The notes beneath the pieces were generated by a model. It ran no database searches and was not told the DNA's origin. It saw nothing but the letters and a program-made list of their open reading frames with translations. A stretch of 64,000 nucleotides of DNA, taken from contig NC_134032.1 of the NCBI RefSeq assembly GCF_964204645.1, positions 13,442,275 through 13,506,274 of the forward strand, read 5' to 3'. Shown in pieces: positions 12,910 to 25,411 of this stretch. Made by a program: the position numbers and the translations under genes. Source of the DNA: Tubulanus polymorphus (Eukaryota > Animalia > Nemertea). Position 1 is the first letter of the stretch, and each line of letters opens with the position of its first letter.

Positions 12910-15900
12910 ATGAAGTTGAGGTCGTCGGGTACAGCAAATTCGGAGCAACAGTCAAACGGTGAGATTCGTCTCCGCGAAGCAGACGACAGCGCCGGACCAC
13001 GGCAGATGATGAAAGATCGAGTGGATTTAGAATCGAGCGGGCACACGCCCGATGAAATTAGAACTATACGCATTCTGAAATGGAACGTTAACCCCGTCGT
13101 AGCCGTTACACACTTCAATCTGTTCTTGTATTCGTGTGCGTTTTGGATTCATCTAGGAGTGATGCCGGTAAGTGGATTAGTGGGACAGTGCAGTCCACAG
13201 TGCGTTACTCGGTAGCGTTTGGACTACCGAAATATTTCATGGTGTTAACAGCTGATACTGACCTGAGATGGTTTTACAACTATATGTAATAATGTTGGGC
13301 CAATTAATTGGTTGATAGATACCAGTGGTCACTTATGGCATTTATCCACCAGGATCCAGTTCCACAGTTGTGAGTTCAAGTTTGAGGTAAAATTTGTTCG
13401 TTTTCAATCAGGTTACTTGCAACTGTGGAACTGAATCCAAGTTATCAAGTTAAAACAACTTCGATCAACTATCTGACTCCTGTTTCATGAAAAAGTTTAA
13501 GCTTAGAAATGGTTAATGTTTGAATTTTCAAGTAACTAACATCAATTGAGTTTAACATTTTTGTGAAAATCAGACCCTGGTTTTTATAGCCTTGTTCAAT
13601 GAATTACGTGTGAAATCAATATTATTTTTTCAGTATTTAACTAAACAGTTAGGAGTCGACCCAGTCATGTACGGTTATCTACAGACGGCGTTTGCGATTG
13701 CGCAACTCGCCGGCGGACCGCTGTTCGGGCGATTTGGCGATCTATTCGGAAGTCGTACGGCGTTTGTGATTGGTTTTCTTGCGAGCGCCGCAAGTTTTTT
13801 CATTCTCGGGATTTCCTACTCGATTCCGTTGCTATTCGTTTCCAAGTTGCCGTCACTTTTTATGCACGTTATGCAAGGTATGTATATCGTACATTATAGG
13901 CCTACATTGATTGGCTTCTTAGCAGATCAAGTCAGGGAAAACAGAGTCCATGTCAGTCAAATAAAAGTGGCCACCCTGTAATAGAAGTTTTAAACTGACT
14001 GAAAAATGTTGCTTTCATAGTCAGGACTCATCATTCTGGACCCTCAATGCTTCGGATATTTTATCAGCATACTTCCAATTTACGATTATCCACACTTTAC
14101 ATTGTCTTTACCTGAGACATTCGTAATTTGAAATGAGCTACGAACACCAGATATTAGACATTTCAGACGAGTAATTTCAGTATGTCGTTGATGTAATTAA
14201 AGCCTATTTTAATTTTCTAGGTGGTCAGATGGTCATCACTGATTTGTCCGATCCCAAAGATCGCACTGACGCATTAGCAAAACTGGGATTCTCGTACGGA
14301 ATCGGATTCGCTGTCGGGCCTCTCATCGGTGGATTCATCACTAACCGCTATGGGTGAGTGTTTTTTTGGGAGGGGGCAGTTTCATTAGTTTCCGACTACA
14401 TTTATATTCTAATAGTCATCCTACGAATGCTGCATTAAAAATTCAAAACAGAGCAAACTAAGGGATACAGTGAACAAATGTAACAAAAGATTATTCATTA
14501 GATGTTTTGACTATAACCAAATAGTCATCTTCAGGAAGATGCCTATGACTGTAGGCAAAAATTCATGAAGATTAAAATATACAACTTTCTGGCCGACTTT
14601 TGAGGTCACTTCGAAAGCCTGTAGCTCAAATAAGTGTTCATGAATTTTTGCTGTTGGTTATAGTCAAAACGTGGAATGAATAGAGAATTTTGATTCATAT
14701 AATTTCTCATCTAATTCATGAATATATTTATGATTCCTTAATGATTTTGAATTTTTATACTTCTTATTGCATATTTCACAACACTTAATATTATTTATTC
14801 GATCTGATAGATAATTTATGTTATCCTTTAATTCTGTATATTTAATTTTACAGTTATCATAGAATTCTAACAACTGTTTTATAGTATAAATTGAGAAAGA
14901 AAATAAACCTGAAATCATAATAATTGATTTAATGTTCTGTAGCTTAAATGAAACTTTTCGGACTTCATCTTTCGCATGATGTTAGTGTAGGATTCTTTGT
15001 ATATCATCACATCATGGACACCAATGGTTAATTCGTTAATAATTGAATAAAAACGGGGCCAAATTATGCAGTGAAATTGAATAATATTTTCAGGTCTCAC
15101 ACGGCTGCGTTCGCTGCCGGATTCATCTCGTTACTTGCCGTATTGAATATCTATTTGTTCATTCCGTACGTTCATAAACCACACGAAAAACTACACGAAA
15201 CGCGTAAGTAGAAATCATCAACTCTTGGTCTCATAAACTGTATAACATTTCAGGGGTCAGTTGCTCAAAAGTTGGTTAAAGATAACCGGCTGTTAAATAC
15301 CATAGTTACAATGAAATTTCAATTGTCACCATATCAACTATCCACTGGTTAACTCTAACCAACCTTTGAGCAACCGGCCCCAGATGTTTTGCTGAAAGTT
15401 TAGAATAACGTGAGTCTTAAGTTTTTCAAACGGTCAAGGCCGAGTCTCACAGATGTGAGGGCAGAATAATTCTAGCTGGGAACATTTTGAAATTTGTCAG
15501 TTATAACCATGGTTTCTCATTAATGCTATGATGTTATCACCGTGATCGAGGATTTACCCCTCTGAGACCTGGTCCATGAAACAGGTCCTGGACGATGCTT
15601 GCCCTAGTTTAAGGAATATGCATGAAAAAAAAATCAACGCTAAGCATTATTCTATTTACAGATGCGTCGGGCGGTCAAGTATTCAGCCCTAAGAAACTCA
15701 TGAAATTAGTGTCTTATCCAGGAATAATGCTTCTACTAGCGATCAAGTTCATATCAGGTCAGTGTACATGTAATGTCAGTGATTGAATTCTAACACTTCA
15801 AAATCTCTATTCATTTAGGGAAATATGCTCGTTTTCAAATCTTGCATGAATTCGTAGGATTCTTACAGATATTTCCCTGATTTTCTGGAACCTTTGACCA

Positions 15901-18123
15901 AAAATTCTCTGATTTAATCATAAGATTCACTCGGTTCCGGTTGCAACTCATCACCGGCAAGAACAACAAGACGACACATTACAAGACTTTTCCCAAATTT
16001 TCAAGAAAAATGACAGAATTCCCTGATGATCCTTGTAGGGAAATATGGATCCAGAATTCGCAGATCTGTAAGAACCCCGGAATCAGATCTTACATTAGGG
16101 GCACTTTCGGAGAAGGCCAGGGTCCCGAAAAAAAAGAGAAGGCATTACTAGGATAACGCAGCCATTGCAAAGGCCACAATTGGGATCCCTCATTGGCTGT
16201 TAAGATATTTTGAGTAGAAATACATCATATACAAATTCCTAGGATGAGTGTCAAATTTGTAGGCTTTAACCATTCTGTCTACTAGGGCAACCTCAGTGGA
16301 AAGACGGGGTTCCCAACCCTGAGACCACCCACTGAATCTGCCCCTGCTGACATCCGGCAAATTGTCTAACTATTTCTATGATATGTTCTATTTCAGCCAT
16401 TCCAACTGGTGTATTCCAGGCAACGTTTGCACTCGTTTCTGCTCAAACTTTCAATCTTTCCCCGAAAGAGAACGGCTACGTTTTATCTTACTGTGGAATT
16501 ATAGGCATGGTAATGTATCCCCAGAGATCGAAACCAAAAGTTCACATTTGACTAACAAATGCGTTAATATTTTTTGTCTTTCATTCAGATAAATCAATTG
16601 ATCGGAGTTGGGTATCTGAACAAAAAGCTGAAAGAAACGACGTTATTAAAACTCGGTTCATTCGTACTTATTTGGTCTTATCTTGCATTAGTAAGTATCG
16701 TCGTTATAAGCGCCGCTGATCCCCTTCACATATTCACTATTATTGTTTGAGTTGTGAACAATCAGTTTTTAGAAGTGTGCCGATAAAATGTCTTGTTCGT
16801 AGTTTATTTTTAGCCCACTTGGGACTTCACTTTTCGTTCGTTCATTTGTTCGTGCGTAGACAAAATCCAGTTATTTTGGGAAGTTTTGAAGACCTTCAAG
16901 GGATTGTCTTGATCTTTGGTTTATACATGTATCTACCTTCAGCCCAAAAACTTGTCCTTAGAATAACTTGTTTGTAGTTCATTTTTTGTTAGTTTTGGAT
17001 ACAGGTTAATTGAAAGATTGTTATTCCTCGCATATTTCGGCGCTCTTCTGGAAGATATGCGCACTGGTAGATAAAGGGTTAAGAGATTTGTCTTGCACGC
17101 CGCTCCTCAAATATAATCATTCTGATATAGAATATTTCAATCTTGGCTTCGTTATTGTGGGATTTCTCTCGTTATCATCATACACTGATATTGTGTATCT
17201 TCTCGTCTAGATTTGTCTTGTATTTTTTCAGTCGTTTGTAACGGATGTTTGGCAGTTGTGTTTAGTGTTAGCTCCGCTGGTTTTTGGTATGACGTTAGCG
17301 GTCGTTGTTATTGGTAGCAGTTTGACGAAATCCGTCCCCGAAACAGACACTGGTAAGTGATCTATATTCTTAGCGTGCTATAGACGTCTTGCAGCCATGT
17401 GCTTTTTCGACGTGACCACTGCCATATTGGTTGGCAAACTTAATAGGTGGTTTACGTGTCAAAGTTTGTGAATCCCCAGATCTTCTTTTGTTATGTGCTG
17501 CAAGTGTTGGCAAACAATCTGTGACGTCACATTCATTACTTCTTTTTCAAGGAGCTTTCTGATTACAAGACTCCTCCTAAATCAGTACTGTTTATCTGAG
17601 TAAACCATTGATTCAGTGGTTTTGTAATTGCAAATTCTTATCTTATACACTACCGAACTCAAGTTTCTAATTCTGCAACTGCCTAATTGTGTAAAAACAA
17701 ATCCTGGTCCCAACTTTACCGATTTAGGTGAACTCTATTCTACAACTACGAACATTTCTGATTGTCTATTTCTCAAGATGGAAGAAGTTTTTGGCATTTT
17801 GCTCAAATTAAAGGAGTTTCAAGCACCTTCAAAAGCATTTTCCTTTTAGAAGGAGTTTTTAAGGAATCAAGTTGCAGGGACTGTCTATAGCTGTTGGAAC
17901 TCAACCAGTAACCTGTTGTCAGTCAACTTAAAAACTATGTCGTTTTTATTTTGCAGGTGCAATTTTAGGGATGAATATGGCTGTGAATTCGTTAGTTCGT
18001 ACGTTCGCTCCGACAATGGGTGGATACATGCTACAATTATACGGTTATCCGTCGATCGGATACCTAGGAGCATTCACGAGTAGTTTAGTAACGATATTTC
18101 TATTTTTCAAATTCCGCGATTGA
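12910..18123 (+). CDS. SLC22A18: MFS transporter, SLC22A18-like
   Basis: Exons ~12880-13167, 13634-13877, 14221-14353, 15094-15203, 15662-15757, 16396-16510, 16589-16690, 17232-17352 and 17957-18123. Motifs: YGYLQTAFAIAQLAGGPLFGRFGDLFGSR (MFS motif A), GQMVITDLS..ALAKLGFSYGIG and TDTGAILGMNMAVNSLVRTFAPTMGG. Confidence 0.88.
14502..14670. mobile_element. Nested inverted-repeat element (MITE-like)
   Basis: gttttgactataaccaa / ttggttatagtcaaaac, with inner arms gcaaaaattcatgaa / ttcatgaatttttgc. Confidence 0.6.
14664..14918 (-). pseudogene. Orphan AT-rich ORF fragment with one C2H2 zinc finger
   Basis: CEICNKKYKNSKSLRNHKYIH fits C-x2-C-x12-H-x3-H exactly. It is antisense inside an SLC22A18 intron. 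Confidence 0.5.
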
Positions 18124-20376
18124 ATTTGTCACACGGGAGGTCCATCAGATCAATTGATCATGTAAGCTAGGTCCGCAGGGGCTGCAGTTGCTCAAAAGTT
18201 GGTTAAAGATAAGCTGTAGATAGATACCATAGTAACAATGAACTTTTGATTGTCAACTATTCACCGGTTAACTCGAACCAACTTTTGAACGACTGCCTAC
18301 CCCTCATTTCTTGGTGGGAATACAATATAACTCGTCTAATTTGGACGTTCACTTATTTCAGACAAAAATTCCAGTCCCCTCTGGGTTATTTCTATTCAAA
18401 TGAGAGCACATTATTTGAATTTTGTTTAATTTGGAAAAGTTTTCCAGTCCCAGATGATCCGAATTAAGCGAGTTCTATTGTAGTTTTCAATGTTGACACA
18501 AATGTAATTCGACATCATCAAAAATGGTAGTTTAAGTGAAAATGATTTTGGGAATATTTTGAGATCATAGAGGTATTGAGCCCTAAAGAGTAGTAACTAC
18601 TCAGGTCTAGATATAGAATATATTAGAGTAGGCTCTGCACAAGTCAGATTTGACCGTATCTCGGGATCACAATCCAAATAGACAATCTGCTGTCAGTGCA
18701 GACGAAATCATCTTTACAACGAAAAAATTTTACAACGATCCAACTTGAGTCGCGTCTACTGTATCGAATTTCTCCTATGCAAGCAATGCTTTAAACAGTG
18801 ACATTAGAAATTTCATTTCTCCTTGATACACTGCTGGCTTAGAATCGGGTTTTAAGAAGGAGCTTTCGCATAATAAATGAATGACCTTCTTGAGGAGATA
18901 GTTTAAAAGATTCAGTCTAAAATTTTTCAATGAACCAATTTCATCAGAGATGAAAAGGTTTAAGACTTAATACTGTAATCATTAACGACTGGCTTGTGAC
19001 CTAGTTGCTGGAATTAGGTCACCTCGTTGATATTATTTTAATTTATCGAAACTTTTATTTTTAAGAATTTCACATCGAAGTATTTGTTATTATTATCATT
19101 TTTGTTGCGGTTGTTATTGTACGAAAAACAAGATGAATTTTAATAATAAATCTATCATAATTATACTTAGATATATTAGAAAATTGAAACTGTGGTTTTT
19201 TCGCGTTTATCTTTATGTTTGAAGGCATGAGGTGCCGCCATGTTTCTTCCCTGTTGCTGCCGAGTTCAGGGTCAGATTTAGTGGGTGGTCAGCCTTGTAA
19301 GAAGGCTGTCATTGAGGTTACCCTTGTTGTCACGACAACCTTGAGATTTTACACTCAACCTCTTGGAAATTGCAACCTTTTGCATGTATGTCTTCAAAAA
19401 TATCTAAAACCAAAGGATTTACCCAGAACCCCAATAGAGGCCTTTGACCTGGCTGCTTAATCCGAGAAATGCAGTACGTTTCTTTTCTTCTCGACCCGAC
19501 CTTCCAATTTTCCCAGATCCGCCCTGGAGTTATCTTCTTCAAAATTGACCAATGAGCATTGAGAATGAAGCTGTTTGTTCCCAATGCCAGCAGCCAATCA
19601 AGAACCGTGCCATTCCCTTGATGGTGCGTGCTGATATAAGGTAAACGACTATTGAAGAAGGCATTTTGATGCCTATAAGCATCAGTTGTAGCGCAGGTCT
19701 TCAATCCTGGGCTCCGGAAACAACTGAAGACGTCACAGTTTAATTCATACATTAATTAACAGATTTTTATTTCATTTATCATCCAAGTTTATAATAACAA
19801 ACAAAATGTGTTTTCTAAATATATAATAATAATAATAATAATAAGCCATTTATACAAGTTTTATCGACAATTTCTAAATCCACGTGAATAAGCCATATTA
19901 TCATTATCATATTCAACTAGACATTGAAAACAAATGCATCGAATAGGTTCGAACAGAATGACACTGACAGGCGCGGATCCAGAGGGTGCTTTGGGTGCTA
20001 GACCCTTGGAAAATTTCAATCATACCCTGGTATTTATCTTCAGTTTTCAATGCTACATTTCTCAAATAACAAGGTACATTTCAAACGTGAGAAGATCAAG
20101 TAGCCTAAAAATGTTTCGATTACAAATTTTCCGGGGATGACCCGCAGAGCACCCTTCGAAAACTCTGAATCCGGCCCTGATTGACATGACAAGGTACACT
20201 CAAACTCACTTAAGTTATCATGGCTTGGACAGTCATTACGTTGATGACTTACATTTAGTCAATTAAATGGGAAATATAGAAATGGGGATTCAAAAATTGT
20301 GATAACATATCTGATGATGTTTGAACTGAGTTTGACTGTAAAGCTCTGGGCTGATAATCAGGATCTGATGAGGGCA

Positions 20377-20805
20377 GATCCACCAGGTGTCGCTAGTGTG
20401 CAGTAGTACATCGACTACTGCATTTAATAGAGGATTCCACTTGTAGCAAGTGAGGATCCACCAGATGTCGCTAGTGTGCATTAGAACATCAACTACTGCG
20501 GTAATAGAGAATTCCGCTTATGGCAAGTGATGTTCCACTAGGTGTCGCTAGTGTGCAGTAGGACATCGACTACTGCGACAATAGAGGATTCCACTTGTAG
20601 CAAGTGAGGATCCACCAGATGTCGCTAGTGTGCATTAGAACATCAACTACTGCGGTAATAGAGAATTCCGCTTATGGCAAGTGATGTTCCACTAGGTGTC
20701 GCTAGTGTGCAGTAGGACATCAACTACTGCGACAATAGAGGATTCCACTTGTAGCAAGTGTAGCAAGTGAGGTTCCACCAGATGTCGCTAGTGTGCAGTA
20801 GGACA
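20377..20805. repeat. ~77-bp minisatellite (154-bp dimer) in the sulfotransferase 3' region
   Basis: tccac(c/t)ag(g/a)tgtcgctagtgtgca repeats about 6 times. Confidence 0.85.
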
Positions 20806-20855
20806 ATACCTGTAGAGAATTTCAACTAATCCGGATAAAGCGCAGGTTTCACTCA

Positions 20856-23800
20856 TCATCTGTTCATCAATAACTGTCGCTGACGTTTGAAAATCTGCTG
20901 CGCTTTTTTATAAATCGCGAAATCGGCCTCGAGCGACGATTTCACGTCGAAATCATTCAAAAGATAGTCGCGATCGTCTTCCGGACGCGACGATGAATCG
21001 TCGTTACGATTCGCTCGATTCCCCATTGATTGCGTTACCGGACGGGGGCGCTGCCAGTTACAGTCCGTGAATGGTAGATTAAACGCGTGTTCGAACATTC
21101 GCACCGATTCGTCGAAACGTTCGTAGATTCCGACGACCGCGAACCAGCGTTCGAGATTCTCGACGACGTGGTCGACCGTCTTTCGCAAGTCGACGACCGA
21201 TAACCGGTCGAGCGAGAGTTTCTGACGATACCAACACGGCAGACGATCTTTATTGATAACGTGCTCCGACGAAACGTTCAGCGATGCCCCCTGTCGGCAA
21301 ATATCTGAACTAAAAACCAACTGTCTCAGCAACACGCTGCCCTGTTGCACGATCCATTCACGCAAGGTTACGCGATTCGCGTTCACCGCCGCGCACATCT
21401 CGTCGCCGAGCGCCCCCTGGCAGTAACGGTAGCTACTAACCGCGCGGTCGAACGGGTCGCGAAGCATAGCGAAATACGAGCAGGTCGCGCGTACTTTATC
21501 GTCGTCGCAGATGCCAAACGCGTACGGACCGCGGTGCAGGCGTAAACGCGAGCGGAACGCGGCGTGCGCCTGACCGGTCGCGGCGTCCCAGTCGGCGCGA
21601 CCCACCGCGTCGAATACCCGCGACATCGGCAATGTGCCGTCGGCGCGCGCCATATCCTCTAAACACGAGTAGATGGCGTGACCAGCTGCGCGCGGGTGGT
21701 GTAGGAATACGACCGGTTTGTCGCCGATAGTCGTGATGCGCCCGCCGGATTGGTGTAGGAATACGTTCGGTAACGTATTCTTCGCGACGATGTGCGAGAA
21801 ACGAGTTTTAATGAATTTTAAACGTTCGCGCGACGTCGCTTCATTTTTATCGTTCTTCGTTTTTTGCGCCGTTTCTAAGCGACGTACGATCTTATCGAGG
21901 TTCTTATCCTCGGGGTAATTAGTCGACGAGGATGACCTGGAAAACAAAATAATTCAAGTTATTTTTGCACATCTAGAGAATTGGGAAATGCGCTTACATA
22001 ATATTTCAGGGTTCTATTAATTAGATCAGCGATTGCCTTGTAAGTAGTTTTGAAGGTGAAAATTTCAAGGAAGTGTCAGCATCACTTTCTCAAATTTGAA
22101 GGAGTTTTAGGCGTTTTGCTTAAAACTTTGAAGGAGTTTCAAGCACGTTTGAAAGCAATTTGTGTTCAGCAGTTTTAAAAGAATCAAGGAGTCAAATATA
22201 CCATGTATATAAACGCAGCCTCAGACCTTCACACATTCAACATATTTTGTTGTGTGAAGTGTGGACTGCATTAAGTGTTACTTTGTCCTTGAACGCAAAT
22301 TTAAGCATACAGGCCTCTCTCTCAACAGGGTTCTTACAGATTCCTAAAAAATTCGGATTAATGAATTACAAATATATACCCTAGTTGGGGCTGTTTCTCG
22401 TCACCAGCAAGAACACCAAGATTCAATTCCCATATCAAATAATAAGATATGAGAGCTGTTTCTTATCAAGAGGTTCCTCGTGTCACTCGTCACAAGCAAG
22501 AACAACAAGACACCAAAAATTCAAATTCCCTGATAGAACTTTAAGATACACTCAGTGGGGGTTGTTTCTTATCAAGAGGTTCTTTGTGTCACTCGTTACC
22601 AGCAAAAATAACAAGATACCAAAAATTCAAATTCCCTGATAGAACTTTAAGATACACTCAGTGGGGGTTGTTTCTTATCAAGAGTTTCCTTGTGCCACTC
22701 GTCACCAGCAAAAACAGCAAGACCCCAGAAATTCAAATTCCCTAACTTTTCCCTGATTCAAGTAGTCACAATTCCTTGTTTTCCCAGCAGGCAACAAAAA
22801 ATAAATCCAGAATTCCCTGATTTTCCTGTAAGTACCACGTGTAACTACAGCGGTAGATCAGCATAGATCAGTAGATCAGATTTGAGAACACTTTGATCTG
22901 TATTGAAACAACATCTCTAAACCAAAACGTGTCTTCGTTCTCACGTTTTTTTTTTCCGGCTTTGAAGTTCAGTAAAATTGTATCACGTTGCGGGCACAGA
23001 TTCATTGATACTCGGAGATGATTGCCGGATACGGCTTTGATCGCTCGGTCGATAGAACGGAACACGCAGAAGAAAAACTGATGAGGCATCGATCGAAAAG
23101 CGGAACAAGCTTTTATCTCGTTCGTGTTCAACTGAGTGAATTCTTGCTTTCTGCAGTCGCGAAGAACCAGCTGAACCCACCACCAACCCCATCACCCCAC
23201 TCTCGCAATCTGAATAGTGGATGGTCAAAATTGATTTATTGATCCTGCATATTATATGATTTATATCAGATCATTTATTATTGACAATGTTAAGCGGCAT
23301 ATGCGTTATTTTTCAAGGCATCATTTAACTTTTAAGTTCAGTTTTCGTGTTGAAAGTTAGCTGATAGAATGTCTGATTTCATAAACATTTTCCTTAATTT
23401 TCAACTAAAAATGTCTCGGATGAACACATGTAGTGTGTGGACATTCAGGTTTTGAAAATGTGCCAAAATTCTAATCTCCGGTCTTTGTAGTTCATTTGCA
23501 ATTAAAAATGTCTCAAGTTCTGAACACACATGAAGTGTGGACGAACACTCATATTGTATATCTACCTGACTGCTCCACTCGCGATATTTTTCATCATCAG
23601 CAGGTTGAAATTATGATTATTTTTAATAACCACTGCTACGATCAACTACTCCCACTTTGCGCTTAGGTCTAGGTTACATTTGCATTTTTTTGTACCTAGT
23701 ACTGAGAACTGAATGAGGTTCATGTGTATGCTGATATGTGGCGAGGTAAAATAAGTACACAACTGCTACTAAACTAACTCATATACCACACAGTCTCCCC

Positions 23801-25376
23801 ATACCTCCAGCTTTTAAATTAATGCTTGAAGCTCATTTACTTGTAAACATTAGATATTCTCTGTCGGAGCTGTTTCTTAGGAGGTTGGTTCCCAGTGCCG
23901 CTCGTCCAGCAAGAACAACAAGATCCCAAAATATCGAATTCCCCGACTAAATTATAAGATATCTTCAGTGAGGGCTGTTTTTTATCAAGAGGTTCCTCGT
24001 GTCACTCATCACCAGCAAGAACAAACAAGACACCAAATATTCAAATTGCATGATTGAATTATAGAATATCCGCAGTGAGGGCTGTTTTTTATCTAGAGGG
24101 TCATTATGTCACTCGTAACCAACAAGACACCGAAAATTCAAAAATTCCCTAACTTTTCAAGATAAAAAGAATCAGAATTCCTCGATATTTCCCGATCTGT
24201 AAGACAATGATAGTAAATGGATAAAACCAGCTGTAACCCCTGCGTGGTTGGGTCTCAAGCTACATTTACAGCCCTATTCTCAAACTCTAACGCACTTATT
24301 GCGGTGAATTCAACCCATTTTTAAAAGTATGGAACTAATTTATCAGTTCACGTTTTGACCTCTTGTTCCAGATTTTTGAGAATAGTTTAGAGGAGTCACC
24401 AGATATACGAAGCGAGGTCTAATCAATCATATATAGGGACATAGCTGAATAAATCACAGTATGATATATTGACACAACACAATCTCTTCTTTTCAAACAA
24501 CTTCAAAGATTTTGAAAAAAAAAAAACATTGCGAAATCGTTCTTTTCTAATCACGGATAAGAATTTCTATGCAGGAAGATGGACTACCCGGAAATTAATT
24601 TCCGAAGCCAAAATTGTGAAGCTCGTCAAGGGTGGACGCGTCAAGCAGGCACCCGTCAAGGGTGGACACGTCAAGCAGGCACCCGTCAAGGGTGGACACG
24701 TCAAGCAGGCACTAACTAGAGCTAGTACTAGCATTTTAAAACAGGCCCGCATGCAAACGTCCTTTATTCGTTTTTAATCCACAAACAAAACCACCCTATT
24801 CATCTAGTTATATGTGCCATAAATCATTGAAAATCTTTCGCTGACCCAACCACAATAGTACATTAGATTTATGACCTGTCATTATGAAGTGCCGTGGTAT
24901 ACCTGGTAGTATATCATATCATGTCATATTGTGTGTACACAATATATATTAGTTAATGAATGAGTATCTGGTTTTAGCTTTCCACTGCAGTCCACGAAGC
25001 TTGCTTCAAAAAGGTTTAGGATTCAAGCTTTCGAATGAATATATTTCAGTTTTACAATTGGAATTCCAGATCACAAACTCTCTACCGGTCGCTTCTATCA
25101 GGTTTACAGATTACAAACTCTCTACCGGCCGCTTCTACCAGGTTTACAGATTACAAACTCTATACCGGGGCCGCTTCTATCGGCTTTACAGATTACAAAC
25201 TCTCTACCGGCCGCTTCTATCAGGTTAACAGATTACAAACTCTCTATCGGCCGCTTCTATCAGATTATATCATTTATTGTCGACAATATGATGCAATGTA
25301 CGTGTTATTTTCAAGGCATCGATAAACTTTCAAGTAAGTCTTTTTGTTTGTATCGCAGCGTGCTGAGACCGCCGAG

Positions 25377-25411
<35 letters not shown>

